The notes under the pieces were generated by a model, which saw nothing but the letters and a program-made list of their open reading frames with translations, was not told where the DNA came from and searched no databases. 32,000 nt of DNA, taken from positions 750,001 through 782,000 of the forward strand of contig NZ_CP007536.1 of the NCBI RefSeq assembly GCF_000698785.1. Direction: 5' to 3'. Positions 9,901-18,689 of this stretch are shown piece by piece (position 1 is the stretch's first letter; every line of letters starts with the position of its first letter). The position numbers and the translations under genes are program-made. The stretch comes from Nitrososphaera viennensis EN76. Its GTDB lineage: Archaea; Thermoproteota; Nitrososphaeria; Nitrososphaerales; Nitrososphaeraceae.

Positions 9901-10944
9901 AGACAGGACCTTCTTCAGCAACTCTTCATAATCTGCATAGATTGCAGTGTTGCCTTGTGGAAAGTTGCCAATAATTTTGAAGTTCACAAGATGGAGGCCC
10001 TGTCTGGGCATGGTAGATTCGTCTTGAGACGAGACTGGTTCCAACGTCTCGATCTTTTCGAGCCTATTCTCGGACGACTTCAAGGGAATGTTATTCCTGA
10101 TTAGCAGGTCGATTAGCCCCTGCAAGAAGAGCGATTCAACATCATGATTCTTGCCAGTGCCTTTGTCACCGTTGTTCAGGTTCTGCCGTTCATCTGCAAG
10201 ATCCAATAGATCCTCGAACTCATCATAAAACGATTCTGAAAATGAATATCCACCGATCTTTTTTAATGCCACAAGTAACGCCCGGTTCAATATCGGACTC
10301 TTGTCCTTCGAAAACGAGGCATACCAGCCCGGCGGCTTTCCATTTTCTCGGCGCTCTAGGGACATAGGAAAAAGTACCAGTGGTGCTCTGACATAGGTGT
10401 CCTGACCGATATGACCTTCAAGAAACGGAAAACCCAGATAGTTGTCCTTCAATCCAGTTTCGCGTTCTACCTGTGTGATGTTTCGATAAAGTGACTTTAG
10501 CTTCACCTTGGACTTTTCAGCAAGCTCCGAGTCGTCCGAGTCTGCAACAACACAAACCCCATTCTTGCCAAGAAGTGCCCTTTCGGCTACTTTTTCCGCC
10601 AGGCTGCTACCTCTGACTATAATCTTAGATAAATCGAAGCACCACTTGTCGTATATGCGGCGTAGCGTTATAGATCGATTTCTGCTTTCTATCTGGAGGA
10701 GCTTGTCGCGGTAACGTTCAAGTTTCTTGTACAATGCTGACTGTTGGGCGTCATTGTCTACTGTCTTTGCTTGCATGCTGGTCTGAGGAAAATCACCTGC
10801 GCGAACATCAGAAGGCACTTCGCTACCTACCTTAGCCTCTGCGGCAACACTCTGGGCCTGCGTCCAATTTTGTCGCACTCCGCAAGTTGGACAGAAATTC
10901 GCTTTATCCGGGATTTGTTGCCCGCAGTTAGTGCAGTAAGGCAA
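6904..10944 (-). CDS. Zn-ribbon + Upf1/DNA2-like SF1 helicase + C-terminal Vsr/DUF559-like endonuclease fusion (1346 aa)
   Basis: An N-terminal zinc ribbon reads CTNCGQQIPDKANFCPTCG. Walker A GPPGTGKS is at + coordinates 9670-9693 and Walker B IIFDEASQ at 8197-8220. Further helicase motifs are GDEKQLRPF, NVQGDERDIIIFS and RLNVAVTRARKEI. The C-terminal YKIDLAVVHPD...IGIECDGATFHSA (7081-7119)...RDVMRQEFLESRGWVVERIW matches the very-short-patch-repair-like nuclease domain. The start codon is TTG (10944-10942). Confidence 0.9.
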   Translation of the reverse strand: MPYCTNCGQQIPDKANFCPTCGVRQNWTQAQSVAAEAKVGSEVPSDVRAGDFPQTSMQAKTVDNDAQQSALYKKLERYRDKLLQIESRNRSITLRRIYDKWCFDLSKIIVRGSSLAEKVAERALLGKNGVCVVADSDDSELAEKSKVKLKSLYRNITQVERETGLKDNYLGFPFLEGHIGQDTYVRAPLVLFPMSLERRENGKPPGWYASFSKDKSPILNRALLVALKKIGGYSFSESFYDEFEDLLDLADERQNLNNGDKGTGKNHDVESLFLQGLIDLLIRNNIPLKSSENRLEKIETLEPVSSQDESTMPRQGLHLVNFKIIGNFPQGNTAIYADYEELLKKVLSGEINLGVIDDLLEAPATEDIWSEGNGDKEAESVVLDDISAMDLNIALDSDSSQDSVIVAAHNNECTVVRGPPGTGKSQVIVNLIADALAKGKKVLVICQKRAALDVVYQRLDKVGLGKYAALLHDPVTDRQELYQQLGRLLSPTGINSVNPGSMKSRFDAVSQEIDKIVGMQRRIVDALWKEYFGGLTVHQLYIAAKPGYVPRLDLSKIAASTSYLDLPQLLEAIKNAEDSCKRFDNITHPWVHRKDFSVLGFNDKNGISEILRTLVTQLGSKEPEPLVASTMHDQNVLLEALRILESERGMFRKLKGRWVEAHSNAKRILGVQDVRDDPLWVTRMIQRAKGGLEIWRNIENLSKYLNESGFDGINSMISTGRLADLHSRFSEMHESLADFDALQAYDARKAAMTPMQRKVLQECTMKLMSETNWADVVREEFYAHWIDYIERENPALKGQPFETYLQNRERLAKLLKEHKNLVVQRIAAQIEAGIVKPGLTPGGKRSYRAEYVQWSKLADEFDKKRHVLPVRMLIEKYESVIFNVAPCWLVSPEAASTIFPLKRNLFDFIIFDEASQSAVERSLPSLYRGGNVVIMGDEKQLRPFDLFRVRDDDESLEEELVDETMLSESLLVLAKRIYGPRYLAWHYRSKYQELIDFSNHAFYDGHLQVSPNILKVPAEPPIRWIQCGNGVWTDRKNIPEAELVIDEVKRILTDDRKNTKHQSIGIITFNESQQIAILDEIDRRRKQDPEFDTLYGEAENPESNLLDDRPFVKNIENVQGDERDIIIFSVGYARDPDGNLHIRFGSLNQEGGENRLNVAVTRARKEIVVVCSIDPDELRTDAAKNSGPKRLKDYLRYAKAISENNRQSAGVILASLYNGFKRENSASGFLFESPFEEMVHDRLTQIGYTVDTQVGYSGYKIDLAVVHPDEPFRYIIGIECDGATFHSAKSTRERDVMRQEFLESRGWVVERIWSRNWWRNPRGEIERIRDRIEGLRGQSAGRITKE

Positions 10945-11037
10945 AACTATACTCTACTTACCTCATAAGACATGGGCTGATAAAGTTTAAGATTTTTTAC
11001 GCCTGCGTGTTTGCCTACCGCCCTTTGATCCTAGTAG

Positions 11038-11046
11038 TTTTATATA
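11038..11046 (+). promoter_or_regulatory. TATA-box-like element for the UvrD-like gene (leaderless transcript implied)
   Basis: TTTTATATA is centred about 26 nt upstream of ATG 11068, the spacing expected between an archaeal TATA box and the transcription start. Confidence 0.4.
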
Positions 11047-11067
11047 GACAGAATCTAGAATTTGGTC

Positions 11068-14000
11068 ATGGCTGTCAGCCTGAATGAAGAGCAGAGGAAG
11101 GCCGTCGAGCACGAAGGTGGTCCACTGCTCGTTGTCGCTGGACCGGGGAGTGGCAAGACAAGGGTAATCGTAGAGCGAGTAAAACATCTCATCACAAAGG
11201 GATTCAGGCCAGCAGAGATCTTGTGTCTAACATTTTCTGACAAGGCTGCCGCTGAAATGCAGAGTCGTATTAAAAAAGAAGCAGGTACAACTGAAGTTGA
11301 AACTTCAACCTTCCATTCCTTCTGTCTGTCTATTCTTGAAGATAGCGTTCTTGAAACAGGCGTGAGTTTCAAATCCGGGTTGATTTCAAGGACCAACCAG
11401 CTGGTATGGGGGCTCAAGAACATCGATAGTTTCAACTTTGAATATATCGAAGTGGGAAACAATGCGGTTGATGTCATAGAATCCATCGTTGACGGAATTA
11501 GCGCGTTTAGAGACGAGCTGGTCAGCCCTGCAAGACTGAAAGAATACCTGACAGAAAAGAAAGCGGAACTCGAACAGCTGAAGAAGAATGCGTCGGACGG
11601 GGCAACTATGCCAGAGAACGCCTCTGCGCCTTCCAAACAGGACAAAAGGAGGAAAGCAAAGGAAAGGAGCGGCGCTGATGAGGAAAATGGGAATAACTCT
11701 GCAGAGATAGACGAGAAAATTGCCTTCCTAAGCCAGCTGGAGGACCTGCAGAAGGTCTACGAAAGATACGAGCAATTCAAGCGAAAAGAGTCGCTTATCG
11801 ATTACGACGACATGATACAGGTAGTCATTGAACTGTTCAAGAGCCGTCCGGATGTACTCAGACGCTACCAGAACAGATACGCACACGTCTTGGTTGACGA
11901 ATTCCAGGACAACAACTATGCGCAGCTGGAGCTGGTCAAGCTCTTGTGCCCGAGCGGCAACGTAACAGTGGTAGGAGACGACGACCAGAGCATATACAGA
12001 TTCAGAGGCGCATATCTTACCGTTTTCGACGATTTCAGGGATCACTTTAAGGAGAATGCGACTACGATTAAACTCGAGAGGAACTACCGCAGCACAAAGA
12101 ACGTCGTCGCGCTTGCAAAGCAACTTCTCGATCCGGTTCCAAACAGGGTCAGCAAGGGCCTCTTCTCTGAGAATGAAGATGGTGGAAAGGTGATAGTTGC
12201 AAGGTGCGCCACGGACGCGGCAGAAATAGACTTTGTAGTCAACAAGATAAAGAACGACCTTCTGGGCAAGGAGCTCAAAAGACGTGACGGTGCCATCTCG
12301 CCGATAACGTATAGGGACATCGCCGTCCTTTCAAGAAGGAGGCTTGAGGGAATAAAGTTTGCAAGGGCAATCAAGGCACACGGTCTGCCATGCACGTTCA
12401 TTGGAGAAGCAAGGATATTTTCAACTCCTGTAATCCGGGATTTGCTGGCTTACCTACGGGTGGCAGACGATCCCCTTGGAAATGGCATAGAGATTGCCCG
12501 CATAATGATAAACCACGGGGTAACTGAACAGAACGTCAAGATAATCAACCACGCGGCGAAGGCAAAGGCCAGAGAACTGGTAAAGAGAATTGACAGGACG
12601 GAGAGCGGGATTTCTGCAAAAGAAGATGCCGACAACAACCGCAACTACGGGACAGACTTTGTCTACGACGTGATGGAGCAGCTGGTCGCAGACCCCGATT
12701 CTTCATCGGTGTCGCAGGTCATAACCCAGAAGGACCTGATAAAAGACATTGTTTACCAGATAAGGGCAATAGTGGGACTGCGGAACAAGTCTCCCGTAGG
12801 CCAGTTTGTATTTGAACTCGTAATGTCCAAGACAGACCTGTACAAGAGGGCGCTTAACGACAGCTCTGAGGAATCCATACGCAACCGCCTGATTCTGCAT
12901 GAATTTCTCAAGATAGCGCAAGAGTTTGAGGCCATAGCCAAGCGCCCGGCCCTGAAAGACTTTTTGGACCACTTGAACCTGATGAGCGACTTTGACATCG
13001 AGATAAGGCAGGGTGAGGAGGAGGCAGATTCGATAATAGTAACTACGATACACCAGAGCAAGGGCAAAGAGTTTCCTATCGTCTTTGTAGTAGACGTTGC
13101 AGACAGGAAATTACCGCTACAATTTAGAGAGAAAAAGTTCTACTGCCCAAGCGACCTTTCACGCGGGCTGAAATTCAGAGACCTTGACGAAAAGGAACTG
13201 TACCTGCAAGAAGAGAGACGCCTGCTGTATGTGGCAATGACAAGGGCGCAGCACCACCTTTTCCTTACACTGGCCGAGATTTATGGCGATAACGTTCGAA
13301 AGACAAAGCCTTCCAAGTTTCTGGTTGAACTAAATTTTGAGAACAACCGGCTTGTAGAACTTGTCAGCTATGATGCGGCAACTGAGGCGCCGGTGCTTGT
13401 CTCTGATAGCAAAGTAGAGCAACTCAAACACGAATACCAGTTGCTGGCCACGAAATTTGTCAACCAGATGCAGCTAAAGAGCGCGGTTGAAAAGGTGATA
13501 GAGCTTGCCATGATACTCCACTACCAGTCAGGAAAACCGCTTTCTGACTTTAGGATCGACCAGATAATTTCGCCAGACATATCTGTTGACAGAAATCACG
13601 TCGAGGCTCAGCTAAAGAGCGAGCACGCGTCCCTCTTGGAGAAGGACAGCATGCATTTCAGTGCATCATCTCTGAATACGTACCAGGACTGCCCCCTCCA
13701 GTACAAATTCTCCCGGGTGCTTGAGGTGCCCACGCTTCCAAAGACGTTCTTTGACCTTGGAAAGGCAGTCCATTCGGTAGTCGAAGTCCTGACAAAGAGG
13801 CAGATAAACGAGCAAGGATACCTTCCGACAAAGCAAGATGCAATAGGTCTCCTTGACAGGTACTGGGTTTCAAGCACCTATCAAACGGCAAAGGCTGAGG
13901 AAGAGGACCGCACAAGCGCCGAGAAGATGCTCGAATTCTATGTCAGATGGTGCGAGCAGAGAGTCAGAGAAGGTTACACTCCTTTTGCTGCAGAGAAGAA

Positions 14001-14400
14001 TTTTGAGATTGAAATTTCTGGCAAAAAGCTGGTCGGAGTTATCGACAGAGTAGACCTGACGCCTGATGGAGAATACGAAGTCTTTGACTACAAGACAAGC
14101 AGGTCAGGTCTGAATGCGAGCCAGATAAAAAAAGACATTCAGATGAACGCCTACTGCATCGCAATCCAAAAGCTCTACGGGAAGCTGCCGGTATCTGCAT
14201 CACTGCTTTATCTCCGGAAAGAAGAGAAGGTTTCATACCTTGTGACTCCCGGGAGTGTAGAGCCTGTCAGAAGAGAGATGGAAGTGCTCATCGACGGAAT
14301 ATTGAACGAGAGGTTCGACCCTGTTCCGGATTACTTTACCTGCAAATACTGTGACTACAAGAGCATATGCGATGCGAAGGAAATTGAAGATGAAGAATAG
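11068..14400 (+). CDS. UvrD/PcrA-like SF1 helicase fused to a C-terminal Cas4/AddB-type PD-(D/E)xK nuclease with 4-Cys cluster
   Basis: The start is ATG 11068; the track ORF begins at TTG 11062. Walker A GPGSGKT is at 11140-11160 and Walker B VLVDEFQDNNYAQ follows. Other helicase motifs are GDDDQSIYRFRGA, TIHQSKGKEFPIV and LYVAMTRAQHHL. The nuclease core is IDRVD...EVFDYK (DYK at 14086-14094). The cysteines are C at 13690-13692 plus CKYCDYKSIC (C-x2-C-x5-C) at 14341-14370. Confidence 0.9.
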   Translation: MAVSLNEEQRKAVEHEGGPLLVVAGPGSGKTRVIVERVKHLITKGFRPAEILCLTFSDKAAAEMQSRIKKEAGTTEVETSTFHSFCLSILEDSVLETGVSFKSGLISRTNQLVWGLKNIDSFNFEYIEVGNNAVDVIESIVDGISAFRDELVSPARLKEYLTEKKAELEQLKKNASDGATMPENASAPSKQDKRRKAKERSGADEENGNNSAEIDEKIAFLSQLEDLQKVYERYEQFKRKESLIDYDDMIQVVIELFKSRPDVLRRYQNRYAHVLVDEFQDNNYAQLELVKLLCPSGNVTVVGDDDQSIYRFRGAYLTVFDDFRDHFKENATTIKLERNYRSTKNVVALAKQLLDPVPNRVSKGLFSENEDGGKVIVARCATDAAEIDFVVNKIKNDLLGKELKRRDGAISPITYRDIAVLSRRRLEGIKFARAIKAHGLPCTFIGEARIFSTPVIRDLLAYLRVADDPLGNGIEIARIMINHGVTEQNVKIINHAAKAKARELVKRIDRTESGISAKEDADNNRNYGTDFVYDVMEQLVADPDSSSVSQVITQKDLIKDIVYQIRAIVGLRNKSPVGQFVFELVMSKTDLYKRALNDSSEESIRNRLILHEFLKIAQEFEAIAKRPALKDFLDHLNLMSDFDIEIRQGEEEADSIIVTTIHQSKGKEFPIVFVVDVADRKLPLQFREKKFYCPSDLSRGLKFRDLDEKELYLQEERRLLYVAMTRAQHHLFLTLAEIYGDNVRKTKPSKFLVELNFENNRLVELVSYDAATEAPVLVSDSKVEQLKHEYQLLATKFVNQMQLKSAVEKVIELAMILHYQSGKPLSDFRIDQIISPDISVDRNHVEAQLKSEHASLLEKDSMHFSASSLNTYQDCPLQYKFSRVLEVPTLPKTFFDLGKAVHSVVEVLTKRQINEQGYLPTKQDAIGLLDRYWVSSTYQTAKAEEEDRTSAEKMLEFYVRWCEQRVREGYTPFAAEKNFEIEISGKKLVGVIDRVDLTPDGEYEVFDYKTSRSGLNASQIKKDIQMNAYCIAIQKLYGKLPVSASLLYLRKEEKVSYLVTPGSVEPVRREMEVLIDGILNERFDPVPDYFTCKYCDYKSICDAKEIEDEE

Positions 14401-14510
14401 GAAGGAATGACTATTGCGCCCGACATAACAAGAACTTTCGCTCATGCGCCTTCTAGTCAGAGCGGCGAGACGTCGAACATGAAAACCTCCATGCGCCTCA
14501 ACAAAAAGTC

Positions 14511-14517
14511 TTATAGA
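14511..14517 (+). promoter_or_regulatory. TATA-like element upstream of the methyltransferase gene
   Basis: TTATAGA is preceded by the purine-rich ACAAAAAG and is centred about 24-26 nt upstream of GTG 14538. Confidence 0.35.
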
Positions 14518-14537
14518 ACCTTGCGAGATAGTGGGGC

Positions 14538-17500
14538 GTGGCTGCAGGAAATCACTATGTGAACCTGATCATACAGGCATTAGGCCTTGAACCTGCATCG
14601 TTCCACCCTGCACCCTTCAACTTCTCCCAAAAACCTGCACCGAATGTCTGGAAAGCATTTTCCATCGAGACTGTTTTTCCCATATTCAAAATAAATGCCC
14701 CAAGAGGGAAGGTTGTAGATATCAGAAGTTTTGTTGGAGGCATACAGGCAGACACCTATGTAATAATTGCGGAACTTGACAGTGCTGTTGTTCTTTGCAT
14801 CAAAAGAGTCAACAAGCAGAAAGGCGAGCAACCCTTAATCTTGCCTCTACGGACCGAGGAAGACTTTGACAGAGTAGTAAACGTTCTTCGCAAGAACAAC
14901 TTTACTTCGGACCAGCTGTCAGCGCACATGTCAATTAGCACAGTAGTTGATGAACTAAAGTCCGGCGCAGAGCGCTATTTTATCAATCGAGGACTGTTTT
15001 CAAACTACTTTTTGCGTGAAAGGCTCGACAAGACGCTTTCAGACAGAAAGAGGAATATTCAATCAGAAAGTGCGGGATTCTTGTCCAAGTTTCCTTATGG
15101 AATACCGTCGGATTTTTCAGCGGTTTCCACCGTACTTAACGCCCTTGGATACAGAGCAAATAGCAACAAGATAAGCGGCGGCGGGAACATCGAATACGAA
15201 TTATTTTCCGGGTCTAACCGATTAACGACTGTTGTAGCTATAGCCGCCGATGCAGAAAACCTGGATGTAATGAGAAGCGACGACAGGTCTGTTCCCAGTG
15301 TTCAGGCCGTTGCCGCTCTTGACCGTTGTCAATGGGCCATCCTTACCAACGGTCGTTTATGGCGACTGTATTCCTCAAAAGTCTCTTCGGCAAGCACTAA
15401 TTACTTTGAAGTTGACATCGATGGTATAACTGACGAAAAAGATCCCAAGCTCAAGTATTTCCTCTCATTGTTTAGTGCCAACGCCTTGGAGCCGAAAGGC
15501 AGCGAATCTGACCTAGATGTTATCTTTGAAGAAGGAATACAGTATGCCAAAGAACTCGAAGATAACCTTAGGAATAAAGTCTTTGAAAAGCAACTCTTTC
15601 TTGACCTGGTACGTGCCGTCATCAAGCATTCACCCTCAAAGAAATACTCGGAGGAAGTGCTGGCAGAAGGAAAGAAAAGAGCGCTAAAACTGCTTTACAG
15701 ACTATTATTCATATTATATGCTGAATCCCGTAATTTGCTGCCCACAGGCGACTCGAGATACGAACACATTTCCATGAGCAAGTTAAGAGAGCGACTTCCC
15801 TCACTAGAAAAGGAAGGAAATGGTGCCCAAGCATGGCAGGCTTTGCAAAATCTTTTCAAGGCAATCAGCAGCGGGGATCCCAATGTCAACGTGCCGCAAT
15901 ATGACGGAGCGCTCTTTGAACACGACAAGGATATCGACAGCCTAGAAGTGTTGAACAAACATCTTGTCCCCGCATTACGAGCATTGACAGAGATCGATGG
16001 CAAAGGTATCGATTATCAGAATCTTGGCGTAAGGCAGCTTGGGTCTCTATATGAAGCGCTTCTTGAATATACTGTAAGCCAAGCCCAAACAGACCTGGTC
16101 ATTATCAAGGATGAAATTTTAGACATGTCATTTATCTCGGATCTTAAGGGTAAACCAGAACGCATCATCGAGAGAGGAGACATTTACCTTACGTCAGGAG
16201 GTCTGGCAAGGAAAGGAACTGGCAGTTACTATACTCCAGACAAGATCGTAAAGTTCCTGGTCAAGAAAGGTCTTGAACCAATTTTTGCTGATAGAGAAAA
16301 AAAGTTCGTTCAACAGCTGGATGTCTGGCACAAGACTAGAAGCGAAGAAGCAGCGATAAAGTCTACGGAAGTTCTACTTGACATCCAAGTTGTTGACCCT
16401 GCTATGGGGAGCGGCCATTTTCTCGTTAGTGTCGTCGACGAGATTACAAGATGGATTATGGGCATCCTGGAAAGACACCCGGACGCGCCACTAGCTAGTG
16501 AAATTGGCAAAGACAGAGAGGAGATCATTCTTGAACAGGAAAAGAAAGGCATCAAGCTTGACAGAGAACTTTTAACATTCAATGTCATTTTAAAAAGGCG
16601 CGTTATGAAGAGGTGTGTCTTTGGAGTTGACATCAATCCTCTTGCAGTGGAGTTAGCGAAGCTGTCGCTCTGGCTCGACTCCTTCACAATAGGTACTCCG
16701 CTGACCTTCTTGGACCACCACATCAGGGCGGGAGATAGCTTGATAGGGCTATGGATGAATAATCTGAAGACCAAAGGTCAGGATAGCACAACCCTTGATG
16801 TCTGGACGGATAACGTTGAATCTATCGGGGATATCCTGCAAAGAATCAGCTATCCTGCAGACTTGACGATGGATGAGGTGAAAAAGAGCAAGGGCAGCTA
16901 CGAAGATTTCAAGGAAAAGAACAAACCTCTCAAGGTATTGCTAGACATGCAAGCTGCATCAGTTATTGACCCTGAGCTGGCTGACAAGCTGCCCCGGAAT
17001 TTGAAGCTAGTCGAAGATACCGTCAGATTGGGAAACATTGACAAGGTCTCGTGGTCTGCACCGATAAAGAAAGTGATGGAATATGCAGAGAAATATCGCT
17101 TCTTCCATTGGGAACTAGAATTTCCCGATGCATTTTCTGACGAAAGAAGAGGGTTTGATCTTGTGGTGATGAATCCTCCGTGGGATGCAGTAAAGCCGGA
17201 AGACGATGACTTCTTTTCCCAATATTATCCACAGTTTCGAAGATTGAGAAGTAAACCAGAAAAAGAAAAGGTAAAACGTAAATTGATAAATGACGCATCT
17301 ATTGCCAAAGCTTTCAGAGACTACACAGAGCGTATTGAGAGAAAAGTATCGTTTTACAAATTATCAGGCCAGTATGTTCGAAGGGGCGGGGGAGATACTG
17401 ATATGTGGAAACTCTTTTTGGAGCGCGCCCTTACGCTTCAAGCAAAAAATGGAACCCTTTCTATGGTCATTCCCTCGGGCATCGTAATCAACGAAGGAGC

Positions 17501-18689
17501 AAAGACACTTAGAACCGCATTGCTTGAAAGACGAATAAGGCACTTGTATGAATTTGAAAATGCCAAAGGCATCTTCCCCGATGTTCACAGAAGCTACAAA
17601 TTTGTAACGCTGGTAGTCGACAATGCTGAACCGTCACAAGATTTCCCGGCGGCATTCTATGTTCACGAAATGGCTTTCCTTGACTCTGATATAGAGCATG
17701 ATAAAATTGTGAAACTATCTCGACAATTCATTCAATTGGTTTCCCCAAGTAGTTTCTCCATACCGGAAATTAAAGGGATAAATGAATTTGAAATATTCTC
17801 AAAACTTTACAATAACCATCCGCTTCTGTCAGAAGGAATTGATGATGGCAAATGGACTTTCAAATTCGTAACTGAGATGCACAGGACAAATGCAGCTGGG
17901 TTGTTCGAACAACTCGGAAGAGGATGGCAACTGTTTGAAGGAAAGTGTTTCCACCAGTTCATATTAAATTACGAAAAGCCAACACTTAGCGTCTCATCGG
18001 TGAAAGGATTAGAATGGACCTCGAAGATACGAGAATATGGCAGATTTAATAAGGAAATCCACCAAGTTCCAAGACTCGTGTTCCGTGACGTAGCTGCATC
18101 AACAAACGTTCGCGGAATGATTGCATGTATAATACCAAAACACACATTTGTCGCAAATACAGCACCGGTAATAATTCCTAGATATAACGGCGAATTATTG
18201 TTAGAAGGAGAGTATCTTAAAACGATAGCGTATCTTGCAGGAATATTTAATTCTACTACATTTGACTTTCTCATAAGAAGACGCATTACAATGCACCTCA
18301 ACTTCTTTTACATCGAACAGACGCCGGTGCCGTCGAGGAAAAACAATGCTCTTGTCAATGAAATTGTAAAGATATCTGCAGAATTAAGCAGTCCGGACGA
18401 ACGATTTGCGGAACTTGCAAAAACCGCACGGTCTGGATATGGTAGTGTGGACATTAAGAAAAGAATTGAATTGACTGCCAAACTTGATGCATTGGTTGCT
18501 TACCATTACGGCTTGAGCCGTCAAGAATATGAATACATACTTTCGACATTTACAGGATTTGAGGAAGACGATAAATTGAAGGACATCACCGAAGTCAAGT
18601 GGGATGATACTCTGATCCGAAAATTCAACGGAGAAGTTAGAAAAAGAGCTCTTGGGTATTTTGATGCGACAGATAAAGGAGAAAATTGA
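14538..18689 (+). CDS. Large PglX/MmeI/Eco57I-like N6-adenine DNA methyltransferase (gamma-class, 1383 aa)
   Basis: The start is GTG 14538; GTG 14559 is the alternative, and there is no early in-frame ATG. The N-terminal region contains FINRGLFSNYFLRERL and WAILTNGRLWRLY (15333-15371). It then has QYDGALFE, LGSLYEALLEY and YYTPDKIV. Motif I DPAMGSGHFL is at 16395-16424. GVDINPLAVELAKLSLWL follows, and motif IV NPPW is at 17172-17183. About 500 aa of C-terminal sequence could be a target-recognition region. Confidence 0.9.
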   Translation: MAAGNHYVNLIIQALGLEPASFHPAPFNFSQKPAPNVWKAFSIETVFPIFKINAPRGKVVDIRSFVGGIQADTYVIIAELDSAVVLCIKRVNKQKGEQPLILPLRTEEDFDRVVNVLRKNNFTSDQLSAHMSISTVVDELKSGAERYFINRGLFSNYFLRERLDKTLSDRKRNIQSESAGFLSKFPYGIPSDFSAVSTVLNALGYRANSNKISGGGNIEYELFSGSNRLTTVVAIAADAENLDVMRSDDRSVPSVQAVAALDRCQWAILTNGRLWRLYSSKVSSASTNYFEVDIDGITDEKDPKLKYFLSLFSANALEPKGSESDLDVIFEEGIQYAKELEDNLRNKVFEKQLFLDLVRAVIKHSPSKKYSEEVLAEGKKRALKLLYRLLFILYAESRNLLPTGDSRYEHISMSKLRERLPSLEKEGNGAQAWQALQNLFKAISSGDPNVNVPQYDGALFEHDKDIDSLEVLNKHLVPALRALTEIDGKGIDYQNLGVRQLGSLYEALLEYTVSQAQTDLVIIKDEILDMSFISDLKGKPERIIERGDIYLTSGGLARKGTGSYYTPDKIVKFLVKKGLEPIFADREKKFVQQLDVWHKTRSEEAAIKSTEVLLDIQVVDPAMGSGHFLVSVVDEITRWIMGILERHPDAPLASEIGKDREEIILEQEKKGIKLDRELLTFNVILKRRVMKRCVFGVDINPLAVELAKLSLWLDSFTIGTPLTFLDHHIRAGDSLIGLWMNNLKTKGQDSTTLDVWTDNVESIGDILQRISYPADLTMDEVKKSKGSYEDFKEKNKPLKVLLDMQAASVIDPELADKLPRNLKLVEDTVRLGNIDKVSWSAPIKKVMEYAEKYRFFHWELEFPDAFSDERRGFDLVVMNPPWDAVKPEDDDFFSQYYPQFRRLRSKPEKEKVKRKLINDASIAKAFRDYTERIERKVSFYKLSGQYVRRGGGDTDMWKLFLERALTLQAKNGTLSMVIPSGIVINEGAKTLRTALLERRIRHLYEFENAKGIFPDVHRSYKFVTLVVDNAEPSQDFPAAFYVHEMAFLDSDIEHDKIVKLSRQFIQLVSPSSFSIPEIKGINEFEIFSKLYNNHPLLSEGIDDGKWTFKFVTEMHRTNAAGLFEQLGRGWQLFEGKCFHQFILNYEKPTLSVSSVKGLEWTSKIREYGRFNKEIHQVPRLVFRDVAASTNVRGMIACIIPKHTFVANTAPVIIPRYNGELLLEGEYLKTIAYLAGIFNSTTFDFLIRRRITMHLNFFYIEQTPVPSRKNNALVNEIVKISAELSSPDERFAELAKTARSGYGSVDIKKRIELTAKLDALVAYHYGLSRQEYEYILSTFTGFEEDDKLKDITEVKWDDTLIRKFNGEVRKRALGYFDATDKGEN

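Noticed and set aside
11055-11645. 196-aa minus-strand ORF over the 5' end of the UvrD-like gene
   Set aside because: It is antisense to the Walker A region of a well-supported gene, with no start context or motif.
17382-17393. GGGGCGGGGGAG inside the methyltransferase gene as another copy of the G5AG5 motif
   Set aside because: It lies in frame within coding sequence (RRGGGD) and differs in the central base. I did not count it as part of the intergenic motif family.
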